A stretch of DNA of 63,751 nucleotides, filler included, from Lama guanicoe (GCA_013239625.1; 139 parts of 139 records of this genome joined end to end with filler, not necessarily neighbours in it); one strand, 5' to 3'. Numbered from the whole stretch's first letter, positions 49,283-61,907 are shown. Notes: a model not told the origin generated them from the sequence alone. Numbers and translations: made by a program.

Positions 49283-50298
49283 GGTAGGCTTGAACTACAG
49301 CAGGGAACAATATTGACACATAATAGACATAGGAATGGTCAACGTATCCGTTCTCAGATTTCTCCTCCCTTCCTAGCTTCAGTAGGGGAGACTCTGGCTT
49401 GATGGTCAACTCCCAGGTTTTTTTCTACAGCACTGAATACTGGAACCAGGCAAACGGACAAACTAAAGGAAGCCAGGGGGGNNNNNNNNNNNNNNNNNNN
49501 NNNNNNNNNNNNNNNNNNNNNNNNNTTAATTAATTAANNNNNNNNNNNNNNNNNNNNNNNNNNNNNNNNNNNNNNNNNNNNCAGGGGCTCCTTGGTTGAC
49601 AGAGGCCACGCATGTTCCCATCCCGCTGGGCGGAGGCTCACTCAGGGCCCCTGCGTGTGCATCCCGGCGCCCTGCACGTGAGAGGTGTGCTGTGGGTTTG
49701 ACCAGCCTCCACTGGTCACTGGCGTCCTGTGTCCTGGGCACCTGACCAAGGGACATAGGCCTCTTGTTAACTCCTCATGACAACCTGAAGCAGCAGGAGT
49801 GGCTCGCGCCGTTCCTTAGATGAGGAGACAGTCTCAGGGAGACTCAGAGCCTGGCTAACTTTCTTGTTATTTCACAGCCTTTCAGCAGGCAGTTTGTGAG
49901 CACCTGTTGTGTGCCAGGCCGTGCTGGGAGCACAGATGCCANNNNNNNNNNNNNNNNNNNNNNNNNNNNNNNNNNNNNNNNNNNNTTAATTAATTAANNN
50001 NNNNNNNNNNNNNNNNNNNNNNNNNNNNNNNNNNNNNNNNNAAGCACCTCATGTTTCCTCAGGTGTTAACAGGAAAAGGCTAATCTTCTTCACCTTGTAT
50101 CTTCCTGGGTAAAATGAAGATAATATATCAGGAGGCGAGAAGCTCATTTATGGCAGGAACCATGTTGTCTTGTTCACTGCGGAATCCCAGGCATCGGGAA
50201 GGCTGAGTTTAACGACTGAGTGAATGATTGAACTACAGTTCCCCCAAAGTTACCATGTGGGGAAATGTGGATTAGCAGCTAAGGGCATAGACTCGAGA

Positions 50299-50401
50299 GG
50301 GGAGGGTACAACTCAAGTGATGGGGCGCATGCTTAGCACGCATAAGGTCCTAGGTTCAGCCCCCAACACCTCCTCTAAAATAGACAAATAACCCTAATTA
50401 C
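50299..50401 (+). mobile_element. Camelid vic-1-type tRNA-Ala-derived SINE
   Basis: ggggagggtacaactcaagtgatggggcgcatgcttAGCacgcataaggtcctaggttcagcccccaacacctcctctaaaatagacaaataaccctaattac, with decayed A/B boxes and an AGC anticodon arm. Confidence 0.88.
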
Positions 50402-50539
50402 NNNNNNNNNNNNNNNNNNNNNNNNNNNNNNNNNNNNNNNNNNNNTTAATTAATTAANNNNNNNNNNNNNNNNNNNNNNNNNNNNNNNNNNNNNNNNNNN
50501 NACATGGGCATTAAAAATCACACCCGGATGCTGCTGTCA

Positions 50540-50861
50540 TTCTGTGCAGAGTTAGCATTCAGAGGCTTTAACGTAGGGTGAGGGTGTGATCAGTTTGATC
50601 TCTTAGGAAGATACCTCTTAGAGGTAATTTGGAGAAAGGACAGAGCAGGGAGGGACCAGAGACAGCTTCAGTTAGGAATAGGCCTTGATAGTTTAAGTCA
50701 GATGTAAGGAGGACACAAAACTCAGGAACTGGGCTGGCAAAAAGAATGCTAGGTGAAAGAGGTTTTCAAAGAGAAAGATCTATAGGATTTGAGGACCAAG
50801 GAAAGGCAAGAGTGACTTACAAGAGTTCTTTCTTTTGGCTAAGAATATGAATAATGAAGGC
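50540..50861 (-). mobile_element. L2 fragment
   Basis: gaggctttaacgtagggtgagggtgtgatcagtttg...gttaggaataggcc...ataggatttgaggacc. Confidence 0.55.
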
Positions 50862-51551
50862 NNNNNNNNNNNNNNNNNNNNNNNNNNNNNNNNNNNNNNN
50901 NNNNNTTAATTAATTAANNNNNNNNNNNNNNNNNNNNNNNNNNNNNNNNNNNNNNNNNNNNTACCACTCATTCAGGGCTCCCCTGGGATATATTGCAGTT
51001 TGAGGTCTCTATGACTAACTCACCTCATTTCTCATTTTAGAAAATCTCCCTGTTAAGAAGTTTTCAATTTTTATTCCCATAAAAATATTTCAAAAAAGCT
51101 TTACTATAATTATTCATGACTGCTTTATAGAACCACAGAAATTGTTCCATTTTATTTTAGTGTATGTTACACTGGAACCTAAAATTAAATATGAATATTT
51201 ATTACTCATGAAGTTACACATTTAACAGTACAATTTAAAAACTGAATATATCACAACTTTTTTCTTTAACACCTGATTTTTGCCATAGTAAGTTAAAATA
51301 TGCCTATTATTTCTCAGAATTNNNNNNNNNNNNNNNNNNNNNNNNNNNNNNNNNNNNNNNNNNNNTTAATTAATTAANNNNNNNNNNNNNNNNNNNNNNN
51401 NNNNNNNNNNNNNNNNNNNNNCTGCAAGTGGGTGAATCCAGTAGTAAAGGAGAAACATTAGGTCCAGCAGTGCTTTGGGGTCCCATTTACACGTCATTTC
51501 GTTACAAAATTAACTTGTTTTTTGCTTAGATTGATCATGATTAAAATAAAC

Positions 51552-51781
51552 TTAATTTTCCTCCAGTTTTACTGAGAAATAGTTGACAAACATCATTGTA
51601 TAAGTTGAAGGCATACAGCTTGAAGGTTTGATTTACACACGTTGTGAAAAGATTGGCACAATATGTTCAGCTAACATCCATCCTCTCATCCGGATGCAAT
51701 CGAAATTCAAGGAGAAAGGAATAAAGGAAGAAACGTTCTTCTTGTGATGAGGATTCTTGAGTCACTCTCAGACTTTCCTAC
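51552..51781 (-). mobile_element. LINE-1 3' end (older subfamily)
   Basis: ccagttttactgagaaatagttgacaaacatcattgtataagttgaaggcatacagc...ctaacatccatcctctcat. Confidence 0.8.
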
Positions 51782-52341
51782 NNNNNNNNNNNNNNNNNNN
51801 NNNNNNNNNNNNNNNNNNNNNNNNNTTAATTAATTAANNNNNNNNNNNNNNNNNNNNNNNNNNNNNNNNNNNNNNNNNNNNGGGGGGCACCCACACCTGA
51901 AACTATGCAGGATGCTGGGGCTCAGGTACCCTGAGGCGCCCCAGGCAGTTATATTAGCATCTCACCATGTAGCTGGATACAGACTGCTCATCTCCGGTTC
52001 ACTGATGGTGACAGGGGCCTTCAGGGAGGTTAAGGGACTCATGTGAGGCCTCGAAGAAAAGGTGCCAGAGCCAGGGCTGCAGCCCCGGTCTTCAGGGTCC
52101 TGGGCTAAGTGCCTCCCACCCACGCCCTGCCAGTCAGGGGATCCAAAGGCCCCAGCTGGCTGACCCAGGAGGGTCACTTTTAAAGAATTCATGAATATGC
52201 ATCAGGCAGCAGCACTAGGGATGTTCTGGAGCTGCCCGCCCNNNNNNNNNNNNNNNNNNNNNNNNNNNNNNNNNNNNNNNNNNNNTTAATTAATTAANNN
52301 NNNNNNNNNNNNNNNNNNNNNNNNNNNNNNNNNNNNNNNNN

Positions 52342-52701
52342 GGGGGGGCGGTGAGCGGGGCCGGAGAGGTAGGGTGGTAAAGAGGGGGAAGTGCCTTAAA
52401 GGGCCAGCGCGTGAAAGCGGACGCAGGTGGAGCACATGGGAACGGGCCACGCGGCCGGCCGGGCCTGCTCGCGCTCTTTAGTTTGGGTGCGCCAGATTAC
52501 GCTGGGAAGGAGCCATTAATGTCGCCCTCGATTTACAGGATGGTGGAGAGGGGTGCTGCCGGCTCTCGGGTGCCCCGTGGGCCTGGCCCCTCCAGGCCCC
52601 GCCTGGGTGACCTTGGGCGAGCCGCCCTCACCTCCGCGGACTGTGCTCGGCTCCTCCCAGCCCGCCCTGCCGGGACAGTGTCCCGAGTTGGAGTTGACGC
52701 C
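52342..52701. promoter_or_regulatory. CpG-island fragment
   Basis: Very high GC and CpG content. No recognisable protein. Confidence 0.6.
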
Positions 52702-52801
52702 NNNNNNNNNNNNNNNNNNNNNNNNNNNNNNNNNNNNNNNNNNNNTTAATTAATTAANNNNNNNNNNNNNNNNNNNNNNNNNNNNNNNNNNNNNNNNNNN
52801 N

Positions 52802-53161
52802 TGCCGTGATGCTCTGGTAGACTTGCTCCTATCTGCCCCAAGGCCTGGCCTGGGGGCGGCCTCTATGTCCCCATGTTCGCGTGACCTAGCTTCCAAGTCA
52901 GTCTGCTCCTGGGAGGCGGGCGCGTGCAGTCAAAGTGAGGGCGCCGCGGCAGCGGGAAATGAGAGCAAGTCCTGCGCTGTTGCATGGGGCAGCCCAAATC
53001 CCACCATCACCGCTGCCGCAGTAGCAGCCGCTCCCTGGCCGCACCGCGCCCGCCTCCCGGGAGCAGGCTGACCCGGGGACGTGCTTCCAGCGAAGCTGGG
53101 GCGGCCGAGGCCGCCCCCAGGCCATGCCCCAGGGGCGGTGAGGGCTAATCGACCAGCTTGC
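52802..53161. promoter_or_regulatory. CpG-island fragment
   Basis: Very high GC and CpG content with GC boxes. Confidence 0.6.
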
Positions 53162-53261
53162 NNNNNNNNNNNNNNNNNNNNNNNNNNNNNNNNNNNNNNN
53201 NNNNNTTAATTAATTAANNNNNNNNNNNNNNNNNNNNNNNNNNNNNNNNNNNNNNNNNNNN

Positions 53262-53586
53262 AATCTGTAGATTGCCTTGGGTAGTATGGTCATTTTAACA
53301 ATATTGATTTCTCCAGTCCATGAACATAGTGTAGCTTTTGATCTGTTTGTTTCCTCTTCTGGGTCCCCTGTTAGGGGTGTGGGTCTTGACTAGATTGCTT
53401 CTCCTCCTCTCCTACCAGACTTTATGTGGTTCTTTCTTTACAGCCTTGGTTGTAGAAAACCCATTCTGCTAGTCTTTCAGGTCATTCTCAGTCAGAGTTA
53501 TTCTACACGTGGTTGTAGTTTTGATGTGTTCGTGGGGGGAGGTGAGCTCAGAGGCTTCCTACACTGCCATCTTGCTCCTTCCTCCC
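53262..53586 (-). mobile_element. LINE-1 5' end fused directly to mid-ORF2
   Basis: Minus strand starts ggaggaaggagcaagatggcag...gagctcacctccccccacgaacacatcaaaactacaac. Near 53360 it switches to EEETNR...[21 protein letters not shown]. Confidence 0.85.
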
Positions 53587-54181
53587 ATGTATTTTATTTT
53601 TGGAAAAGAAGTAGGATCTTTNNNNNNNNNNNNNNNNNNNNNNNNNNNNNNNNNNNNNNNNNNNNTTAATTAATTAANNNNNNNNNNNNNNNNNNNNNNN
53701 NNNNNNNNNNNNNNNNNNNNNTTACAATGAAAAATACTGGCAGTTCCCAATTGGTAGAAGATGCAAAATGCACCTTTTCATGCACTGTTAAAGGGTAACT
53801 GTTTCCACCACACAGAGGGCACGTTGTCACTTTGTCCAAAAATTTTTAAATGCACCTTTTTTGGACATACCAATCGCTGTTTAGAACTCTTATTAAAATT
53901 TCCACGTATATACAAAATTGAATCTACAAATTCGTGTAAGACAATTTTCTTTATGGCAGCAAAGAAATAGAAACAAATATTCATTAATTGGAAAGTAATT
54001 AATTTAATGATGGAATGTTTCAAAGTTCTAAATAGGCATCGAAAAGCATGATGTGGACCTCTGTGCTGTTTTCAACTCTAGNNNNNNNNNNNNNNNNNNN
54101 NNNNNNNNNNNNNNNNNNNNNNNNNTTAATTAATTAANNNNNNNNNNNNNNNNNNNNNNNNNNNNNNNNNNNNNNNNNNNN

Positions 54182-54530
54182 CCACAGATGGCTGGAAGCC
54201 GGTGCTGACTGCTGGCCGGGAATCTGCCGAGACATCTCTGTTCGGCTGCTCTAGCCCCCTTCACAGCAAGGAGGCTGGGTTCTAAGAAGGAGCTTTCCGA
54301 GAATAAAGAGCTACATTCTGCCAATCATCAGGAGCTGTGGACTCAGGAATCTTTGAAAGCCACTTTTGCAGTGTTCTGTTTGTCAGAGCAAACACCGGAC
54401 CAGCACAGATACAGGAGGGGCGAGATCTCCGTCTTTCGAAGACGGAACAGCACGTATGTGCGGAAGGAAGCCAATGGAGACCACCACGCTGGAGACCATC
54501 TTCCCCAGATAGCCTGAGAAGCACGGTTTT
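54182..54530 (-). mobile_element. MLT1-type MaLR LTR
   Basis: atggctggaagccggtgctgactgctggccggga...cacttttgcagtgttctgtttgtcagagcaaacaccggaccagcacagat. Confidence 0.6.
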
Positions 54531-54641
54531 CCACATAACCCNNNNNNNNNNNNNNNNNNNNNNNNNNNNNNNNNNNNNNNNNNNNTTAATTAATTAANNN
54601 NNNNNNNNNNNNNNNNNNNNNNNNNNNNNNNNNNNNNNNNN

Positions 54642-54985
54642 GTTACCACATCGAGGAAACTCCTGGACTCTGTCTCCTCGCCACTCACATCCAATTGGTA
54701 GCTAAGTTCATTGATTTTCTTTCTCTGAAGTATATGGCAGACTCACTCTTCTTCGCAATTGATCTAAAATAAATTCCTTTACCATGGGCGAATCCAAATT
54801 CTTGGCATCTCCTCAACATATGGCCAAACTCACTTTTTCCTTTCACCTTGGTTCTGCCACATAGCTCGTATTTGGGCAGTATGAAACATGTTCTCACTCC
54901 TGGTGAATGTCATGTTTGCTGACATCGCTTGTCCAAAATTCACAGCATGCTCTTTTACAGCATGCTCTTACTTTAGAATGTTCCT
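54642..54985 (+). mobile_element. L2 fragments
   Basis: cactcacatccaattggtagctaagttcattgattttctttctctgaagtat...ctaaaataaattcctttaccatgg. Confidence 0.6.
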
Positions 54986-56481
54986 ACCTTTTTTTTTTTT
55001 TNNNNNNNNNNNNNNNNNNNNNNNNNNNNNNNNNNNNNNNNNNNNTTAATTAATTAANNNNNNNNNNNNNNNNNNNNNNNNNNNNNNNNNNNNNNNNNNN
55101 NAATGAGTTTCTTATTCCTCTGAGAAACAGCCTGCACTCATTTCTGAACCTTCTCTCTCCCGAGCGTACCTCCCTCATTGACCGCAGGCTTGTGCTCTAT
55201 CACCTTCCCTGAGTGCTCACCTGTGACCGCCCCTCTCCCTGGTCTCCAAGCACATGCTCTCAGCTTCCTCACTCTATGACCGATGCCTTAAGGTGTGGTT
55301 TCCTCCCCCATGTAATCTCTTCGACAATCTCTGTCTATACATTCAGTGTAACCTAGAGCATTCCAAACAGCCAAGGTTATTGTAATCCCATCTCTCTCAC
55401 ACTGAGTCCTTCCTTATCCTCTCACTCACACCGTTTACATTGTCTTCTTCAAACCCTTTGCNNNNNNNNNNNNNNNNNNNNNNNNNNNNNNNNNNNNNNN
55501 NNNNNTTAATTAATTAANNNNNNNNNNNNNNNNNNNNNNNNNNNNNNNNNNNNNNNNNNNNCACATATTTAATAGTGTTTGGGAGTTTTGTCCTCAATTC
55601 TCCTAAATCCCAAACTAACAACTTATGGAAAAAAAGTCAGTGCTCATCAGAGACCCTGGCTAGTTTTGAATCCTTCTTTAATTCTGTGCATCTGCAGAAG
55701 TACGTCTCTGGATCTGTGCGTGGGGAATGTCCTTTCCAAAGTGACTCTCACTCATGCCTACCCTTGTGATAGCTTCTGTCACACTTTCATTCATGTGCCT
55801 GCTTCTCCCAGAGTGCTCCTTGGGGACCAGGTTGTGATTTCCATCCGTGAACCCCAGTGCCTTGCACAGGGTCAGTGCATAACCAAGGGAGATTGAATGA
55901 GTGAATATATGACTGAGGTCANNNNNNNNNNNNNNNNNNNNNNNNNNNNNNNNNNNNNNNNNNNNTTAATTAATTAANNNNNNNNNNNNNNNNNNNNNNN
56001 NNNNNNNNNNNNNNNNNNNNNAGACAGTATTTTCTAGGTTTGTTTGTGGATGATCACCCAATTTGAAAAGACCTTGCTCTTTAAAAACAACAATAATCCT
56101 GAGTACTGTCCCTCACTGTTTCTCTCAGGGTTTAATGATTATGAGACAGTAGAACTTGTCATTTTGTGTGTCAGTTGAATTTAAGTTAAATTGACAACCA
56201 TATTGAATTCAAAACAGGAAGTCTCTACATAGGTTAAGGGGTATTTAGTTTGCCATTAAACGTTTGCAAGATTATGCAATTAATTTCTAATGAAATATAT
56301 GAGAATGTTTTCATTTTAAATGGTCTGCAAAATAATTCTACTTACATCTCTATATACATTTAAGTTACTAAAAAAAAAAATNNNNNNNNNNNNNNNNNNN
56401 NNNNNNNNNNNNNNNNNNNNNNNNNTTAATTAATTAANNNNNNNNNNNNNNNNNNNNNNNNNNNNNNNNNNNNNNNNNNNN

Positions 56482-56841
56482 GTGCTCCTTTCTCCATGGG
56501 AGGACTGTGAGAAGGCTGTCCATGAATCAGGGACGAGGTTCTGACCAGACACTGAATCTGCCAGCACCTTGATCTTGGACGTCCTAGCCTGCAGAACTGT
56601 GAGAAATTTCTACCGTGTTTGTAAGTCACCCAAGCTTCTTTGATTATCTCATCCTTTATTCACAATTGTATGCTGGGTCTATTGTGGGAGAGGGCAGGAA
56701 GGTTGAGTAACTTCTCTTGTATTTTACAGGTATTTGTATCTGAAACATAGTCTCTAAGAAGCTACACCCAAGGGTTTCATCCTCATCTGGACCTAATTTA
56801 GATGATGAGATATAGATCTTCTAGCCAAAATCAGCATTACA
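56482..56841 (+). mobile_element. MLT1A/B LTR part plus MaLR internal fragment
   Basis: ccagacactgaatctgccagcaccttgatcttggac...cagaactgtgagaaatttc; catctggacctaatttagatgatgagat. Confidence 0.85.
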
Positions 56842-56941
56842 NNNNNNNNNNNNNNNNNNNNNNNNNNNNNNNNNNNNNNNNNNNNTTAATTAATTAANNN
56901 NNNNNNNNNNNNNNNNNNNNNNNNNNNNNNNNNNNNNNNNN

Positions 56942-57265
56942 TTCAATTACATTTTTCTTGGTATCATACATTACTAGTGTATAGAAATACAGCTGATTTT
57001 GTATCCTGCACCATTGCTGAATTTATTTATTAATCCTAACATGTTTTTGTCTACATGTAAGATAATGCCATTTGTGAACCAAGATAAGTTTAATATTTTC
57101 TTTACAGTTTGGATATTTTAAATTTGTTTTACTTGCCTAACTACTTTTTAGTACTTCCAGTACTATGTTAATTAGAAGTGACAAAAGTGGACATTCTTGT
57201 CTTGCCCTTGACCTTAAAGGAAAAGCTTTCAGTCTTTCACCATTGAGCATAATGTTAGTTGTGAT
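56942..57265 (-). mobile_element. LINE-1 ORF2 fragment
   Basis: tagtacttccagtactatgtta...ggacattcttgtcttg...aaggaaaagctttcagtctttcaccattgag. Confidence 0.9.
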
Positions 57266-57861
57266 TTAAATTGTTAACCGTGCCGTGGGTTTTACACTAC
57301 TNNNNNNNNNNNNNNNNNNNNNNNNNNNNNNNNNNNNNNNNNNNNTTAATTAATTAANNNNNNNNNNNNNNNNNNNNNNNNNNNNNNNNNNNNNNNNNNN
57401 NGAATTCATCTCAGTGTCATCGTTCATACATATTACAGTGTCGGTTCATTAAAATTCTTGATGCAGTGCTGAACCTGGTCAGACTGAAATGGGGCTGACA
57501 AACCTCATGTCTGCCGCACAGATAACCAGACCTTATGAAGGTGAAATTAGTTTTCAGGAGCTGTACTGCTCACTTGATTGATTCCGTCTTAGAAGTCATA
57601 TGACTTAATGTTTCCTGCTTGGGCTGCCTCTGTCATGCAAACATGACCTGATAACACATTGTCAGGAGTGCTCCAGAGAGCTAACAGCAATCTAACATCT
57701 TTCTACTGAGTGTGAAGTTCCATCTGAAATGTGCATATTTGATAAGCAGCTCGTCTTCTCTNNNNNNNNNNNNNNNNNNNNNNNNNNNNNNNNNNNNNNN
57801 NNNNNTTAATTAATTAANNNNNNNNNNNNNNNNNNNNNNNNNNNNNNNNNNNNNNNNNNNN

Positions 57862-58200
57862 GTCTGTAAAACACCTCATCTCTCCTTCAGATATGAAGGA
57901 AAGCCTTGCCCGGTAGAGTATTCTTGGTTGTAGGTTTTTCCCTTTCATCACTTTAAACGTATCATGCCGTTCCCTCCTGGCCTGCAGATTTTCTGCTGAA
58001 AAGTCAACTGATAATTTTATGAGAGTTTCTTTGTATGTAGCTAGTAGCTTTTAAGATTTTATCTTTATCTTCAATTTTTGCCATTTTAATTATAGTGTTT
58101 ATTGGTATGTGCCTCTTTGAATTCATCTTGTTTGGGACTCTCTGTGCTTCCTGGACCTGGATGTCTGTTTCGATTCCCAGGTTAGGGAAGTTTTCTGCAG
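57862..58200 (-). mobile_element. LINE-1 ORF1 fragment
   Basis: ENFPNLGIETDIQVQEAQRVPNKMNSKR...SVDFSAENLQARRERHDTFKVMKGKNLQPRILYRARLSF. Confidence 0.93.
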
Positions 58201-59242
58201 TGAATATTAATTGATGGTGATNNNNNNNNNNNNNNNNNNNNNNNNNNNNNNNNNNNNNNNNNNNNTTAATTAATTAANNNNNNNNNNNNNNNNNNNNNNN
58301 NNNNNNNNNNNNNNNNNNNNNGGGCCAGAGTCAGAGGAAGGGAGAGATGGAGAGAAGGGTATTTAGAAAACATGCCTTTCCCAAGTGCATTCACTGCCAA
58401 GGGCCAGGGGTCATTTCCATCTGTCAGACCAAGTTTTCAAAGCCTGCTGAGAGTAGCCCAGCCAGGGTTCCTCCATCCACAGCAAGATTTCTGGGAACCT
58501 GAATGCTAGGGAGGAGCAGGAAATAATGAGAGAGGAAAGGAGAAAGGAAAACAGAAGAGGAAAGCCAGACTTGACGATTCTGGCCTTCAGAATGGAGCAT
58601 CTGATCAAACCTAGGGGAGAGTCACATAGAAAGGGGCAGAGAGAGAGAGAGAAGCCCAAAGGGCTCCCCTGAAGTCCTAGCCNNNNNNNNNNNNNNNNNN
58701 NNNNNNNNNNNNNNNNNNNNNNNNNNTTAATTAATTAANNNNNNNNNNNNNNNNNNNNNNNNNNNNNNNNNNNNNNNNNNNNAAGAATATTATGAAACAT
58801 GATTTGTACTCATCCTTTGGCCTCTGCTATATAAGGTGGTCATGACTGTAATTAAAGTTAATCACTAGTTATACTGCAGAGCAGCAAATATTGTGATGGA
58901 GATGGACTGTGAGAGGAATGCCAGGATTTAACCACTGGATGCTAAAGTGTTTATATCAGGGGATGGAGAACACGGGCTTAGAAGAAAATGAAAATTAAAG
59001 GATTACATGAATCAAACTCCTAGAAGATGACATGTATAATGAATTCTGTTCATTTACATAAGTGGAGACTTTAAGCAGAATAGTATCCATCATGGTTGAT
59101 GAAAAGTGGCATTCTCTCAAAAAAGAGGAAATACAAAAAAAANNNNNNNNNNNNNNNNNNNNNNNNNNNNNNNNNNNNNNNNNNNNTTAATTAATTAANN
59201 NNNNNNNNNNNNNNNNNNNNNNNNNNNNNNNNNNNNNNNNNN

Positions 59243-59603
59243 TTTCTTTCAGTGCTTTAAAGATACTATCTCATTGTCCTCTGGCTCTGACAAGAAGTCT
59301 GCTGTCTGCCTTTTTACTTTTCTATTATTGTGTCCTCCCTCACCCCCACCTGCATTTACAATTTTCTTCTTATAGCCAGTGCTTTTCAACAATTTGATCA
59401 TGATGTGTCTTGGTGTGATTTTCTTTGTTCTTTCTTTGTGGTTCATTGGGCTTCTTATATTTGCAAGTTTAGAGTAGTCATCAAATTTAGACATTTTTCA
59501 GACATTAATTCCTCAAACATTTTTTCTCTCTCCTCTCCCATTCCAGGATTCCAATTACACATATTTTAACTGCTTGATATGATCTCACAACACTGATGTT
59601 CCA
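59243..59603 (-). mobile_element. Old L1M ORF1 fragment
   Basis: KKITPRHIMIKLLK...TADFLSE motifs in the minus-strand ORF. Confidence 0.85.
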
Positions 59604-59703
59604 NNNNNNNNNNNNNNNNNNNNNNNNNNNNNNNNNNNNNNNNNNNNTTAATTAATTAANNNNNNNNNNNNNNNNNNNNNNNNNNNNNNNNNNNNNNNNN
59701 NNN

Positions 59704-60064
59704 CTAGCTACCGTCTGAGAGAATTAGGAGGAGACTGGTTAGGAGGCTGTTAATAGTAATCCAGGTGAGAGATGATTGTCGTTTTGTGGTAGCAATGGAG
59801 GTGTGAGAGGAGACCAGATTCTGGATATATTTTGAATGTTTTGGTGACAGGACTTGTTGACTGAAAGAGTATGGGAGGTATGGGATATGAAAGAAAGAAA
59901 AAGGTCAAGGTTTGACGATGCCAAGGTTTTTGGCCTGAACAGCTGGAAAGATACAGTTGCCAACAACTGAGATGGGGAAGACTGTGGAGAGCAGGCGGGG
60001 AGGACTTAGCAGGTGGTGTTTGAGACGCTGTTACACATCTAAGTAGAGGTAGTGTGAGTCGTTC
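59704..60064 (-). mobile_element. L2 (L2a-like) fragment
   Basis: gttaggaggctgttaatagtaatccaggtgagagatgat...gattctggatatattttgaa...ccaaggtttttggcctgaacagctggaaagat. Confidence 0.9.
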
Positions 60065-60625
60065 NNNNNNNNNNNNNNNNNNNNNNNNNNNNNNNNNNNN
60101 NNNNNNNNTTAATTAATTAANNNNNNNNNNNNNNNNNNNNNNNNNNNNNNNNNNNNNNNNNNNNAGCTCTTATCAGCGTTACTGACGGTCAGAAGCTGCT
60201 GGTGCATCCTCTGTTTGTTACTCAATGCAGAGCTAAATTTAAAAAGCTAAAAAATCATACGGCAAAACTGTGGCTAGAACAACGCATACAGTACCTGTTT
60301 TGTCTACCTATTACTCTGTTGACTTACCTATTTGCCTCTCCTTTTCCCTGGTATGTCACTATTAAATATATATTAAGACAAATTACTAAATATGAACACA
60401 ACTTAGTATTGCTTACTTTCTGTTTGTAAAAATATGGCCTGTTTTTGTTTTCTTAGTAAATGCAAAGGGCATCTGATAAATATAGGAGCAAAAGGCAATG
60501 ACTAAACCACCCAGATGACAAATATNNNNNNNNNNNNNNNNNNNNNNNNNNNNNNNNNNNNNNNNNNNNTTAATTAATTAANNNNNNNNNNNNNNNNNNN
60601 NNNNNNNNNNNNNNNNNNNNNNNNN

Positions 60626-60985
60626 ACATACAGAAATCAGTGGTATTTCTTTACACTAACAATGAAATATAACAAAAGTAAAGTAAAGTTGTAATTCTTT
60701 TTAAAATGCATCCAAATATTAAAATAGTTAGGAATACATCTGACCAAGAAAGTGGAAGACTTATTTGCAGAGAACTACAAAATACTGACTAAAAAAATTA
60801 AAAATGAGTTAAAGAAATAGAAATATACCCCATGTTTTTGGATTGGAAGAGCTAATATTGTTAAAATGGCCATACTACCCAAAGAGAACTACAGATTTAA
60901 TGTTATCTTTATCAAATAATCCATGACATTTTTCAAAAAACTAGAACAAATAATCCTAAAATTTATATGGAATCACAAAAGACCC
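60626..60985 (+). mobile_element. LINE-1 ORF2 fragment
   Basis: ...catgtttttggattggaagagctaatattgttaaaatggccatactacccaaag ([14 protein letters not shown]). Confidence 0.93.
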
Positions 60986-61821
60986 NNNNNNNNNNNNNNN
61001 NNNNNNNNNNNNNNNNNNNNNNNNNNNNNTTAATTAATTAANNNNNNNNNNNNNNNNNNNNNNNNNNNNNNNNNNNNNNNNNNNNGGGGTGGGCATGGCT
61101 CTGGAGTTTGGGGGTGACCTGCAGCAGTGAGGTGAGGGGACTAGGAAGGTCCTCCTCACCAAGACTGGGTCTGTCACCCTGGCCAGGGGAGCCGCTCTTC
61201 GGCACAAGGGCCAATTTAGAAAAATCTGGGAAACCAAGTTTCAGGTTTCATGGTAGGTAAGTCCTATTCCAGATGGAAATAGGATGTGACCCACAAAAAG
61301 TGGTTAAGTGCACATGGGCCATTGCCCTGCCCAGAAAGGAATTCCCCCGAGAGCCAGAGCTCACCCTACACCCACCCAGGGGCCTGGGAGGCCTGGAGCA
61401 ATGGCCCTGCTGGGGTCCCACATCCCAGGAAGATGGGGAGAAGGGCNNNNNNNNNNNNNNNNNNNNNNNNNNNNNNNNNNNNNNNNNNNNTTAATTAATT
61501 AANNNNNNNNNNNNNNNNNNNNNNNNNNNNNNNNNNNNNNNNNNNNCCCTGCAGCCCAGGGAGGTCCAGTGCAGGCCTTGCAGAGAAGACCCAGCTCCTG
61601 AAGGGGCAGCTCTGCACACTCAGCCGGAGCCCTCAGGGCAGAAGTGCGCAAGCCCACATCCTTCTCCCACCCAACACAGGGGAGTGAGGGACCCGACCCT
61701 GCAGACCCTCCTCCACTGTCTTGTCAGGGGACACTGGGTGGCAGTTTGCTCCCTGTTTGTCCCCATCTGGCCAGCTTTCCCTGACAGAGCCCCTCCATGT
61801 CCTCCCTGTGTCTGTAACTAG

Positions 61822-61907
61822 GTGCCCCGATGGGATGGTCGTGGCCACGCCCTGTACGCCCTGGAGTGACCTGCAGTGTGTGGACCAAAAATCAGGTACC
61901 CAGGCCA
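61822..61907 (+). CDS. TRAIL receptor (TNFRSF10A/B-like) exon encoding the end of the last cysteine-rich domain
   Basis: Acceptor ctgtgtctgtaactag, then CPDGMVVATPCTPWSDLQCVDQKSGTQA versus remembered human DR5 CPRGMVKVGDCTPWSDIECVHKESGTKH. Possible donor CAG|GTACCC after 61895. The paralogue cannot be resolved. Confidence 0.88.

Noticed and set aside
50299..50375. Possible tRNA-Ala(AGC) gene
   Set aside because: Degenerate A/B boxes and acceptor stem plus a SINE-type tail. It is a tRNA-derived SINE, like 41482-41600.
51968..52020. Minus-strand candidate exon (APVTISEPEMSSLYPATW) with ATG|GTGAGA donor
   Set aside because: Weak acceptor and no recognisable homology.
54428..54446. Hairpin TCCGTCTT-TCG-AAGACGGA resembling a terminator
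   Set aside because: Short, lies within an MLT1-like LTR, has no U-tract, and the context is eukaryotic.
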